Below, in pieces: positions 38,172 through 47,366 of a stretch of DNA of 64,000 nucleotides; the stretch's first letter is position 1; the number at the start of each line of letters is the position of its first letter. The stretch spans positions 1 through 64,000 of the IMG/VR virus record IMGVR_UViG_3300037851_000620. One strand, 5' to 3'. A program made the translations under genes and the position numbers. Origin of the DNA: a virus (lineage: Duplodnaviria; Caudoviricetes). A model generated the notes under the pieces. The model worked only from the letters and a program-made list of their open reading frames with translations. It was not told the origin of the DNA and made no database searches.

Positions 38172-38924
38172 ATGCATAAACTGAAGAGAGAAACTTACAC
38201 ATCAATATCGTTTGGAGTCAAGAAGAGCTACATGCAGAAGGTGCTGAGTCTGAATCCGACCGGATATTGGACGCTTGGGGATGCCTCAGGCACAACGGCG
38301 GTTGACTTGAAAGGCTTGGGCAATGGGACTTACTACGGCTGTTTGCTGAACCAACCTGGCATGGGCGACGGTCGCAAGTCGGTGTACTTCGACAATGACA
38401 ACGATTACATGCAGTTCCATTCTGCTGGATTTGCCAGCGTGTTTAACGGCAATCTATTCTCGTTTGCGTGTTGGCTGAAAGCCAACAACGCAAGTTTTTG
38501 GACGGATGGCTTATATCATGATTGGGTGATATGCAGGGTGGATGGGAACAACAATGTGTTTGTCAGGAAGTCAAGTATCAACAACGATATCACATTCAGC
38601 CGCACAGCAGCAGCAACACTAAAATCCTGGTCTGTGGATGCCAGGACGTATATACCGGACCTGACCGGATGGTTTCACCTGGCGATAGTTTGCAACCAAG
38701 CCAGCGACATCTTCAAGGGCTATATCAACGGCGTGGACGTGACACCGGTATTCTCTGGCAACGGCTCATGGTCTGGCACATTAGATGCAGGTTACCAACT
38801 CTTAGGTGGTAGTATTGCTATACCAGCAATTGAGATTCATGAATGGTACGGCTGGATGCAGCACTTTGTATATTTCAATCGCAAACTCACACCTGATGAA
38901 GTTCTGAAGCTGGCAAAACAATAA
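38172..38924 (+). CDS. LamG/concanavalin-A-like lectin domain protein
   Basis: GYWTLGDASG, FSFACWLK, WFHLAIV, YING, YFNRKLT..EV. Confidence 0.8.
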   Translation: MHKLKRETYTSISFGVKKSYMQKVLSLNPTGYWTLGDASGTTAVDLKGLGNGTYYGCLLNQPGMGDGRKSVYFDNDNDYMQFHSAGFASVFNGNLFSFACWLKANNASFWTDGLYHDWVICRVDGNNNVFVRKSSINNDITFSRTAAATLKSWSVDARTYIPDLTGWFHLAIVCNQASDIFKGYINGVDVTPVFSGNGSWSGTLDAGYQLLGGSIAIPAIEIHEWYGWMQHFVYFNRKLTPDEVLKLAKQ

Positions 38925-38948
38925 TTAGATTGCTTAGGAGATTTTATA

Positions 38949-39275
38949 ATGTCATTGTCTGCAGAAATTTATCTAAAACAACTTGCGGCACTTATCGAAG
39001 AAGTGAATCCATGGCTGACACACACTGTAACTGTCGTGACTGCTGGAATAGAAGTACGTGGTCCGGACATGCCTGGGAATGGTTTCTATCTGAAGGCTCA
39101 TCCTGACAATACAGATACGGTATGGATTGGAAATAATGGATCAGGTGTGCTATCATCTGCTGTTGGATTTCCATTGAATCCTGGTGAGGTGATCTACGTG
39201 CCTGTCAGTAATTTGAATAGAATTATGTTCGATGCTGACGTGTCAGGAGAGAAAATTTGCTGTATACGTTTGTAA
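38949..39275 (+). CDS. Small beta-sandwich protein (decoration-like)
   Basis: LKAHPDN...VWIG...GFPL.PGE pattern; SD AGGAG. Confidence 0.55.
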   Translation: MSLSAEIYLKQLAALIEEVNPWLTHTVTVVTAGIEVRGPDMPGNGFYLKAHPDNTDTVWIGNNGSGVLSSAVGFPLNPGEVIYVPVSNLNRIMFDADVSGEKICCIRL

Positions 39276-39481
39276 TTGTACTACTGCACGGTTTCAGCAC
39301 GTGTGCAATCATTGTGCACTTTTATATTTAATGACCACTCCCTATTAAGTACTTAAGTATTTAATGCATTAAGGGATTAAGGTTAAGTTTGTTAATAGTT
39401 TTGAGTTTTAAAAGCAGACACGTGTTTGCGTGGCTGTGCCACGTAAGCAAAGATTTATGAAAGTTTTCTGAGGAGATTTAC

Positions 39482-41467
39482 ATGGGTCTGATGGATAGAT
39501 TCAAGAAAGGATTCAATGCCTTTGTTTCTTCTTCATCTGGGGAAGAAGCTGCACGTCGATTCGACGTCATATTGGATCCAGCTGCAACTTCAGAGGCGAT
39601 TGAGCAGTATATAGCACAAAAACAGAGCGAATCGAAACTAGACGTGCGCAAAACGTCTAACGATCTTGCTTTGTATTCAATATATGGCGCACTGAAGTCA
39701 TTTTATAGGGATAGGTTATCCAAAATCCCTGATTATGAAGATCCATCGCGGGATATTTATATCTCAGATATTTGGCGTCAAGAGCCAATCCTTGCTGGGG
39801 CTGTATATTCAATGACAGCCAAAATGACAGCAATGCGTTGGACTGTTACAGGGAAGCGCAAGCGTGCAATGGCTGCTGCCCAAATATTTGCAGAAGCTGC
39901 ACATATGGATGGATACGATTGGGGAGGCTTCATTGCTTCCACCGCTGCCGATTTTTATACCACAAATCGTGGTGTGTTTTGGGAGACTCCTCGTATTGGA
40001 AATCCTCTTTATGGCAAACTTGCAGAGCTTGGTCATATTGATTCCCTTGCTTGTAATCTTACAGGGAATAGAGATTTCCCGATGCTATATGATTCAGAGA
40101 CGGTTGGCCAGGTTATACGATTCAAGCGTGGCGAATATATCCATTTTGCCAGTTTACCGTCTCCTCGCGAACGGCATCTTGGACAAGGATTTTGCGCTGT
40201 TGACCGTGCCTATCGTGCTTTGAAGCTTCTGATAGCAGTTCATAATTATGATGACGAGAAGTTGAATAATCTTCCTCCTGAAGGAATCGCTTCTGTTTCC
40301 GGTTTGACGATGGAAGAGTTCAACGACGCTGTTGCGCTTTGGAAAAATCAGCGCAAGCAAGATAACAGTCTTACATTTCCTCAGGTGTTATGGCTGATAG
40401 GTTCGTCGCCAGGTGCTGAAGTGAATGTAAATATCAGTGGATTCAGTCAATTGCCTGAATCATTTGATAGAGAGCAGGTTGTAACTCACTATATTTCCAC
40501 TCTTGCGCTTGATTTCGGTGTAGATGCTCGTGAATTCTGGCCAATTTCGAGCGGATCACTTGGCACAGCGTCTGAAAGTGAAATTCAGCACTTGAAAGCG
40601 AAGGGAAAAGGTCCAGGCGAATTTATTTCCACTGTCGAACGTCATCTGAATGGCGAGCTGGATGACGATACTCAATTTGCGTTTGACACTCAAGATATTG
40701 GCGAAGATATGACACGAGCGGCATACGCAAAGGCTATGATTGATGCCTATTATCCATTATTCACAGGCACTCCCGCTGGTAAGAGTAAAGCCAGTCCTGG
40801 TGGGAAGCCAAACACTGAAGCAACTCCTAATCCTGAAGAAATTCCTCTCAGCGATGCTTCTGGGCAAGCAATGTCTGCTGCAGGTCCAGCAGCTGGTGGT
40901 CCAGAACAGGTCATTTCCAAAGACGATCTGTTACGAATCCTTGCTGATCATCATGTCATTCCAGAGTGGATGATGAATGATAAGCGAGAAATGGTGCTAG
41001 ATACAAGCATTCATATCTCAAAAGAACTCGATCCTGACGAATATACATCATTTGTCTTTGAGAAAGGTATTCTAAAAGAGCATCGTTTGCCTCCGATAAC
41101 AATCAATTCTCCTACAATCGGTGTAGATCGTGCTACTGGCAAAGATAAGACGGTATATGCTTTGGTCAATAATGGAAAAGTTGTAGACACAAGCGAGGAC
41201 TATACTGAAATTATGAAATCGCTTGATGAAGAGCGTCAACATGACATGCTTCTGTTCTTGAAGCAAAAAGAAGAAGAGATTTTTGCTGGGATGCGCAAAA
41301 TTGTTGGAAATCCGATACCAGAAGGTGAGGTCGTTCGTGGTACTCGCGTCACAGCAAACACACTGCGTGATGAGCTAGAGCGTTGGCGCAATCATCCGAT
41401 TCTTGCTCCTTATGCGCTGACTGAAGAAGAATTGGCTAAAATGATTGAAGAAGGCAAGAAACAATAA
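39482..41467 (+). CDS. Portal protein
   Basis: 661 aa, first gene of the head module, upstream of the MuF-like gene, protease and capsid; ILAGAVYSM, LALDFGVDARE.WP. Confidence 0.75.
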   Translation: MGLMDRFKKGFNAFVSSSSGEEAARRFDVILDPAATSEAIEQYIAQKQSESKLDVRKTSNDLALYSIYGALKSFYRDRLSKIPDYEDPSRDIYISDIWRQEPILAGAVYSMTAKMTAMRWTVTGKRKRAMAAAQIFAEAAHMDGYDWGGFIASTAADFYTTNRGVFWETPRIGNPLYGKLAELGHIDSLACNLTGNRDFPMLYDSETVGQVIRFKRGEYIHFASLPSPRERHLGQGFCAVDRAYRALKLLIAVHNYDDEKLNNLPPEGIASVSGLTMEEFNDAVALWKNQRKQDNSLTFPQVLWLIGSSPGAEVNVNISGFSQLPESFDREQVVTHYISTLALDFGVDAREFWPISSGSLGTASESEIQHLKAKGKGPGEFISTVERHLNGELDDDTQFAFDTQDIGEDMTRAAYAKAMIDAYYPLFTGTPAGKSKASPGGKPNTEATPNPEEIPLSDASGQAMSAAGPAAGGPEQVISKDDLLRILADHHVIPEWMMNDKREMVLDTSIHISKELDPDEYTSFVFEKGILKEHRLPPITINSPTIGVDRATGKDKTVYALVNNGKVVDTSEDYTEIMKSLDEERQHDMLLFLKQKEEEIFAGMRKIVGNPIPEGEVVRGTRVTANTLRDELERWRNHPILAPYALTEEELAKMIEEGKKQ

Positions 41468-43509
41468 TGGCTACCATTTCCATTAGATTCAAAGGTGGTT
41501 CAGGTTCTGGACATTTTAATCATGCTGGCAGACCTGGAGAAGTTGGTGGTTCTCTTTCTAGAAAAGCAGGTAATCAAGCACGTGCAGGAATGGTAAATAG
41601 GATACGCAATTTGCAACTTCTAGATGAGAATGATCCTAATTTCATGTCTAAAGTCGATGCAATTGTTGATGATTATAGGTTATCGAATAACGATCTTGGA
41701 AGGCTGTACAAAAGCGATATCCCGTTTGTATTGGAGGCGATTTCAAGATTCCCATCGTCTGATTTGCCTGTTGTGTGGGAGTCTTATAAATCAGATGACA
41801 TGAAACAAAAACTAGAATCTATGGCTATCGAGGATGGGGAGGATATCGATGCATATAAAAGTGCAGCTGGCATAGGAAGATTCAATGGAACAGATTACGA
41901 GATAAATATTCATACAGTATCAGATAATGAGTGGATAAGTGGATTAGATCTTCCTGATGTTATGCATAATAAAGCTGGAACAATGGTTGCGGTTGCTGCA
42001 CATGAGTATGCACATTCTTTTGACCTATACTATAAATTTTCTGGAACAAAAGCATGGGATGATGCAGTAAAATCTGATAAATTGTCTGTATCTGGATATG
42101 GAAGACGAAACAATCAAGAGGATTTCGCCGAATCTATGGCATTGATGGCTATACGTCCTGCATTTTTCAAGAAAAGATATCCTGCAAGATATGATTCAAT
42201 ACGTTCAATGCTGGATTGGGATCCTGCAGTTCCAAACACTGTAAATAAGGAATATGTTGGACAGGCATTTGATGAAGTTCCATACAGGATTTTTGTAGTA
42301 ACAACATCTGGATATCATTTACAGTTATTATCGTCAAAAATCACAAAAGAAGTGCATTTCAAAGAATTGACTCAAGTTGATGAAGACATTACTGCTGTCA
42401 TAGCATTCAACTTTGAAGGCATGTTTGATGCACTACTCGATAGATTTAAGCCAGAGGATGTTGTTAGAGATTCTCATATAACATTGCTGAATCTTGGCGA
42501 AATAGAAAGAATTCCTATTTCCAAAGAAAATTTGATGGTCATATTAGAAGGATTTGCAAAAAGTCATGCTATTATAGATGGCAAGATAACAGGTGTTGCA
42601 ACATTCAGTACAAATCCTGATGAAGATGGAAAAGTTCCTATTGTATTGTTATATGATAGTCCGCAACTTCCATTCTTTAGAGTAGATTTGCAACGCATAT
42701 TGAGAGAATTAGGTATCGAATATCTTGAACAAAATCATGGATTTATCCCTCATATTACATTAGCATATATCTATGAGCCGTATGTGGAAGTTACATTCAA
42801 ACCAGAAATATTGTATATCGATTCTTTGTGGTTGTTTTGGGGAACTGAAAAGTATAGTTTTTCATTACAAGGTGTTGTCGTAGAAAAGCAGCTTCCAATT
42901 GATGACGATAGCAAGAAGCGATTGATAGAAATTCGTCGTAACATTTTCAATGACGATGTAGACAGACTTGCAGAACGTATGTATACAGGTGAGATGTCGC
43001 TTGGTGCTTGGGAAGAAACGATGAAGCGGTATATTCGAGAGCTGCATACGTCTGTTGCAGCAATTGGAAAAGGTGGGTGGGATCAGATGACCTGGGCAGA
43101 TTGGGGTCGTCTTGGTGCTGTCATGCGTGAACAATACAGATATCTTCATGGGTTTGCTGAAGCAATTGCTGAGAATCGGGAGACTATTTCCATTAATGCT
43201 ATCAAAGCAAGAGCGCATTTGTATGGAACTGCTGCAGGGCATTCGGCATATCTTATAGAAGCAGGAGCTGATATTGCATCACAGCTTCCATGGTTGCCGA
43301 AAGATGGTTCTACTGAATGCCTTGTTGGTTGTAAATGTCAATGGGATTTGAAGAAGGTTGGTGTAGAAAAGAATATGCAATTAGTTCAAGCAACTTGGAA
43401 ATTAAATCCTGCTGAGCATTGCAAAACCTGTATTGATCGAAAAGGCTATGTAGTTGTAATACGTGTGCCGAAAGATGCAATCGTGCCGAATAAAATTGGT
43501 GGATATTAG
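41467..43509 (+). CDS. KGG-tag protein 8: tag + zincin + 2H phosphoesterase + MuF-like minor head domain
   Basis: IRFK-GGSGSGHFNHAGRPGEVGGS; AHEYAH...SGYG...EDFAE; SHITL...PHITL; C-terminal GGW...QYRYL.GFA...C...C.C...HC.TC. Confidence 0.8.
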   Translation: MATISIRFKGGSGSGHFNHAGRPGEVGGSLSRKAGNQARAGMVNRIRNLQLLDENDPNFMSKVDAIVDDYRLSNNDLGRLYKSDIPFVLEAISRFPSSDLPVVWESYKSDDMKQKLESMAIEDGEDIDAYKSAAGIGRFNGTDYEINIHTVSDNEWISGLDLPDVMHNKAGTMVAVAAHEYAHSFDLYYKFSGTKAWDDAVKSDKLSVSGYGRRNNQEDFAESMALMAIRPAFFKKRYPARYDSIRSMLDWDPAVPNTVNKEYVGQAFDEVPYRIFVVTTSGYHLQLLSSKITKEVHFKELTQVDEDITAVIAFNFEGMFDALLDRFKPEDVVRDSHITLLNLGEIERIPISKENLMVILEGFAKSHAIIDGKITGVATFSTNPDEDGKVPIVLLYDSPQLPFFRVDLQRILRELGIEYLEQNHGFIPHITLAYIYEPYVEVTFKPEILYIDSLWLFWGTEKYSFSLQGVVVEKQLPIDDDSKKRLIEIRRNIFNDDVDRLAERMYTGEMSLGAWEETMKRYIRELHTSVAAIGKGGWDQMTWADWGRLGAVMREQYRYLHGFAEAIAENRETISINAIKARAHLYGTAAGHSAYLIEAGADIASQLPWLPKDGSTECLVGCKCQWDLKKVGVEKNMQLVQATWKLNPAEHCKTCIDRKGYVVVIRVPKDAIVPNKIGGY

Positions 43510-43535
43510 TATATATCTATGAATAGGAGTATCCT

Positions 43536-44936
43536 ATGCCTTGGGATATAAAGATTGAAAACGGAAAGCATTGTGTATACAAAAAGACAACTGGCAAGAT
43601 AATGCATTGCTATGACAATGAGAAGGATGCAAAAGATTATCTTGGCGCATTGTATGCAAATGTCAGCGAGAAGGAATTAAAAGAATTTCTTGCTGATAAT
43701 ATTTCCAATATTGCAACTTTCAAAGAAGCGGATGGTCGTTATAAAATCGTTGCTGTGTCGACTGCTGCACTCAAAGATCGTGATGGGGAGACGTTTGATG
43801 TTGCCGCGATTGATTACGATGCTCGTGCTGCTGCAAAGCATGGTGACTATCCTGAATTTCGCATGTTTCACAAGAAAGGTTTGAAGATTGGAAAAGTTGA
43901 GAAGATGAAGCGAGTCGGTATATTTGCTGTAGACGAAGGACATTCGTATACCGATCAATTTTCCTTAGAAGTTTGCGAAAAGATGTTGTCTACAAATGAT
44001 GGAAAATGGCGCACGTCTCGTGGATTTTACGTTGTTGAAGCATCAGGGGATTGCCCTGTTTGTAAGGAATCATTGCTTATACAGACCAAGCATATGGTTG
44101 CAGGCTTCAGATGCCCGAGTTGTAATGCGGTGCACATGAGTAGTCGGGGAGTGCTTGGAGACATGCACTTTCGGAAGGCACGGACTTTTGATGTCACGGT
44201 GACTGATAATCCATCAGTGCCGTGGACAGGAGTTTCTGCATTCAAAGAAAATTCAAGTTTGGAGGATTTGGAAATGACAAAACAGCAGTTGGAGAAGAAA
44301 CTTCTCGACGCTGGCATCAGCAAGGAAGCGATTGCGGCTCGTCTTGAAGGTTTGTCGGAAGAGCAGTTGAAAGAGTTCTCTGACATTCCGTTCGCAACCA
44401 TGCTGAAAGAGTTTGGCAATGATGCTGGTGAAGAGGAAGAGTACGACACGATTGCTCTTGACGAGGAATCGTTGAAGGAGTTTGGCAAGATTGTGCGTGC
44501 TGTCATTCGCGAAGAGATGGGCACAGTCATTAAGGAGCAGGTTGCGGCTGCGATCGAAGGTTTGGAAATCGATATTGCCGATCTTGGTGGTATGGAAGTC
44601 GATTTCAAAGAGGCTCCTCAATTTGTTGAGCTGAAAGAAGCAGTAGATTCATTGACTGAAAAGGTTGAGAAGCTTCTGACTTCTGATGAGCAACGGCTGA
44701 AGGAGATGCTGGAAGAGACTCCTCGCGCTGGTAAGCTGCGCATTCGTCGCTACAAGAAAGCATCTCCACCCGGAGATGAAGAAGATGATGACGAAGACGA
44801 TGATGAAATGGACGATGACGAAGACGTCTACGACAAGAAAACAGGTCATCGCCAGAAAGAATCTGGGCTGATCATCGTTGGTGCTGATGGCAAAACCGCG
44901 AAAAGCATGACCGAGTTCGTCCTCGGATCTGAATAA
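43536..44936 (+). CDS. Prohead protease-scaffold fusion
   Basis: MPW...HCV...A...L.ALYAN leader; DRDGE, MFH, SRGF protease-like motifs; CxxC insert; acidic coiled-coil C-terminus. Confidence 0.75.
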   Translation: MPWDIKIENGKHCVYKKTTGKIMHCYDNEKDAKDYLGALYANVSEKELKEFLADNISNIATFKEADGRYKIVAVSTAALKDRDGETFDVAAIDYDARAAAKHGDYPEFRMFHKKGLKIGKVEKMKRVGIFAVDEGHSYTDQFSLEVCEKMLSTNDGKWRTSRGFYVVEASGDCPVCKESLLIQTKHMVAGFRCPSCNAVHMSSRGVLGDMHFRKARTFDVTVTDNPSVPWTGVSAFKENSSLEDLEMTKQQLEKKLLDAGISKEAIAARLEGLSEEQLKEFSDIPFATMLKEFGNDAGEEEEYDTIALDEESLKEFGKIVRAVIREEMGTVIKEQVAAAIEGLEIDIADLGGMEVDFKEAPQFVELKEAVDSLTEKVEKLLTSDEQRLKEMLEETPRAGKLRIRRYKKASPPGDEEDDDEDDDEMDDDEDVYDKKTGHRQKESGLIIVGADGKTAKSMTEFVLGSE

Positions 44937-44979
44937 ATAACATAACCAAAAAGAATTCATGTGATGGAGGTACAATAAG

Positions 44980-46452
44980 ATGAAGAAAAAGATGAAGAAA
45001 GGTATCTATTCTCCCGAAGATATGCAGGCTCTTGGTCGTGCTATCGGATCCTCGCTGGCGTCTGCTCAGTTCGGCATGCAAAACGCTCAGCGACCTGCAG
45101 CCTTCGAAATGTTCAAGGAAGCCAGCATCACCCCGACGTCGGTTTCCATTTACGGTCGTAATTCGATCTTCGATGCGTGCAGCCCTGGTGATGTGTTTGG
45201 TCTTCAGGTTCAGACGATTGGTTTGATGCCGTGGATCGGTTGGCGTCCGAATCGCTTCTATCGCCGACATGTTGATTTCATCCCGTGGTGGGGTCCTGCT
45301 GGTACGAAGAGCGGCTCTCCTGCAACAGGTGCGAAGTCTCCGTGCGACGACCCGACATCTTGGGAATATGCAATCTGCGGATACGACCTGTGCCACACGT
45401 CCTTCTACAGCATTGGCAGCGAAGGTCTCGATCCTCATACGATTGTGCAAGATCGTTGCGAAACGTCGCCTCGTTATCGTCTGAATGGTCAGTTGATCAG
45501 CGACGATGTTGAGTGGCAGATGAACGGTATCATGAACGTTCTCGCTCAGCAGATGCGCCGTGCACTGATCCATGGCTCTCACGACAATGCCAATGAGATG
45601 GATGGTCTTGAGCAAATCATCAAGACAGGCTACACCAACGACAACAATACTACCTGCCCTCAGATTGACAGCATCTTGGTTGACTGGAACAACGACGACC
45701 TTGATGGCGCTGTGAACAATCTTGGAAATTTCTTCGATTATCTTGACGAAGTTGTGACCGAGATCGAATGGCGTGCTCAAGAGCTTGGTCCGATCCTCGA
45801 GACCGATATGGTTCTGATCACATCGCGCTTTATGGCAACCTGTTTGCTCGATGCTTATGCATGCTACACGACCTGTGGTGTGACTGATACCAATGACGTC
45901 ACGGATCAGGCACTGCGTGCTCAACAGCGTGCGGCTCGTATGGCTCTGAATGGTGGTCCGCTCTATGATGGTGCTCGTGCGGTTGGATATCTCAACCTGA
46001 AATCTGGGCGTCGGCTGCCGATCATCGTCGAGGATGCTTTGGATATCTCAAAGTTTTCGACGACATACTGCACCGACGTCTACCTGCTGACTCGGCGCAT
46101 CGGTTCGCGCGACGTTCTGTATGGCGAATACCTGGATATGCGCGAGTACGAGAATCGTGTGAAGAGGCAGTTTACAAACTTCTCCGGTCGCTCTGATTCG
46201 ATGGGTCGCTTTGCTCTTAAAGGCAAAGAGGACAACTTCTGCATCAGCCTGATGATGGGCACGTCTCCAGAGATCTACTTGTCGGCTCCATGGGCACAGG
46301 TTCGCTTCCAGGATGTTTGCTGCACTCGCAAGCGCACTCCGCTGACTGGCGATCCTTTCCAGCCGTATTATATGCCTGGTGGGAAGCCTTTGCATACTGC
46401 AACTCCTCAGACCGATTGTGGTCCGGACTGCGGTCAGGATGGAACTGCATAG
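44980..46452 (+). CDS. Major capsid protein
   Basis: 490 aa after the scaffold, strongly biased codons, GD/EFDGL-like EMDGLEQII motif, followed by terminator hairpins. Confidence 0.8.
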   Translation: MKKKMKKGIYSPEDMQALGRAIGSSLASAQFGMQNAQRPAAFEMFKEASITPTSVSIYGRNSIFDACSPGDVFGLQVQTIGLMPWIGWRPNRFYRRHVDFIPWWGPAGTKSGSPATGAKSPCDDPTSWEYAICGYDLCHTSFYSIGSEGLDPHTIVQDRCETSPRYRLNGQLISDDVEWQMNGIMNVLAQQMRRALIHGSHDNANEMDGLEQIIKTGYTNDNNTTCPQIDSILVDWNNDDLDGAVNNLGNFFDYLDEVVTEIEWRAQELGPILETDMVLITSRFMATCLLDAYACYTTCGVTDTNDVTDQALRAQQRAARMALNGGPLYDGARAVGYLNLKSGRRLPIIVEDALDISKFSTTYCTDVYLLTRRIGSRDVLYGEYLDMREYENRVKRQFTNFSGRSDSMGRFALKGKEDNFCISLMMGTSPEIYLSAPWAQVRFQDVCCTRKRTPLTGDPFQPYYMPGGKPLHTATPQTDCGPDCGQDGTA

Positions 46453-46461
46453 CATTCTCCT

Positions 46462-46527
46462 TGGAAATCGACTTGGGCGTCGATTACATTCTCCTGAATG
46501 GGCTGGTAGCAATACCAGCCCATTTCA
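46462..46527 (+). terminator. Two hairpins / terminator after the capsid gene
   Basis: aatcgac..gtcgatt and aatgggctggta-gcaa-taccagcccatt. Confidence 0.7.
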
Positions 46528-46535
46528 TAATGATA

Positions 46536-46550
46536 CAAGTTTAGTATTAT
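46536..46550 (+). promoter_or_regulatory. CAAGTTTAGTATTAT motif, copy 6 (start of the glycosyltransferase cassette)
   Basis: Directly after the capsid terminator, before ATG 46551. Confidence 0.65.
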
Positions 46551-47366
46551 ATGAGAACAATATTTGTAAAGACACGTTGGTATTATCAATCTTATACAGA
46601 CTTCTGGAAACTGGTCGAGTTATCTGATTTTCAGACGTGTTTTGTTGATGAGATGGACTTGTATGCTGAAGATACGGCATACATCGTTGCTCCGATGAAT
46701 GGGGAATGGAGACCGTTCGTAGATGAGCGTCCAAACAGAAAGGCTAAACTCATCTTGTGGAATCTTGAACGTCCAGGTGGTAGTGGTTCAGTTGCAAAAT
46801 ATGCATCAGACAATTTAGAACTGGTTGGAAAATATCTTGATAAGGTTGTTGTATCTGATAGAAGCCTTGCTAATCTTTGCGGACTCGATTACATTATTAT
46901 GGGTGGGCATCCCGATCTTGGAATTCCTGGAATGCCATCGCTGAAGAAATACGATCTAATTCACCTGTCATGTTATAGCAATGCTAGAAGCTGGATGTTT
47001 GATACTCCAGATCATCCAAAGACAATGTTGCTTGGAAACTTGACTGTTGCAAGGAATGGTTGGGGTCAGGATCGTCACTGGAGTCTTCAAGAATCACGAT
47101 TCATGCTGAACGTTCATCAGGATGGATTTCCATTTATCGAGCCGTTGCGCTTTATTCTTGCAGCTGAATATGGACTTCCAGTAATTTCTGAGGCATCAAA
47201 TTCATTCTTTCCATACGAGAATTTTGTTATTCCGTTGTATGATGTAAAGAACGGTTATTATTCGTATGGAGATAGTGTATATATGCATGGAATAAATTTC
47301 AGAAATTATGTCAATAGGCATTTTCCATTTCGCAGATGTGTAGAGGATTATGTAAATACGCTATGA
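46551..47366 (+). CDS. Glycosyltransferase-like protein (CgeB/GT-B C-terminal type)
   Basis: SRFMLNVH...EPLRF..A...G.PVISE; preceded by the CAAGTTTAGT motif. Confidence 0.6.
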   Translation: MRTIFVKTRWYYQSYTDFWKLVELSDFQTCFVDEMDLYAEDTAYIVAPMNGEWRPFVDERPNRKAKLILWNLERPGGSGSVAKYASDNLELVGKYLDKVVVSDRSLANLCGLDYIIMGGHPDLGIPGMPSLKKYDLIHLSCYSNARSWMFDTPDHPKTMLLGNLTVARNGWGQDRHWSLQESRFMLNVHQDGFPFIEPLRFILAAEYGLPVISEASNSFFPYENFVIPLYDVKNGYYSYGDSVYMHGINFRNYVNRHFPFRRCVEDYVNTL

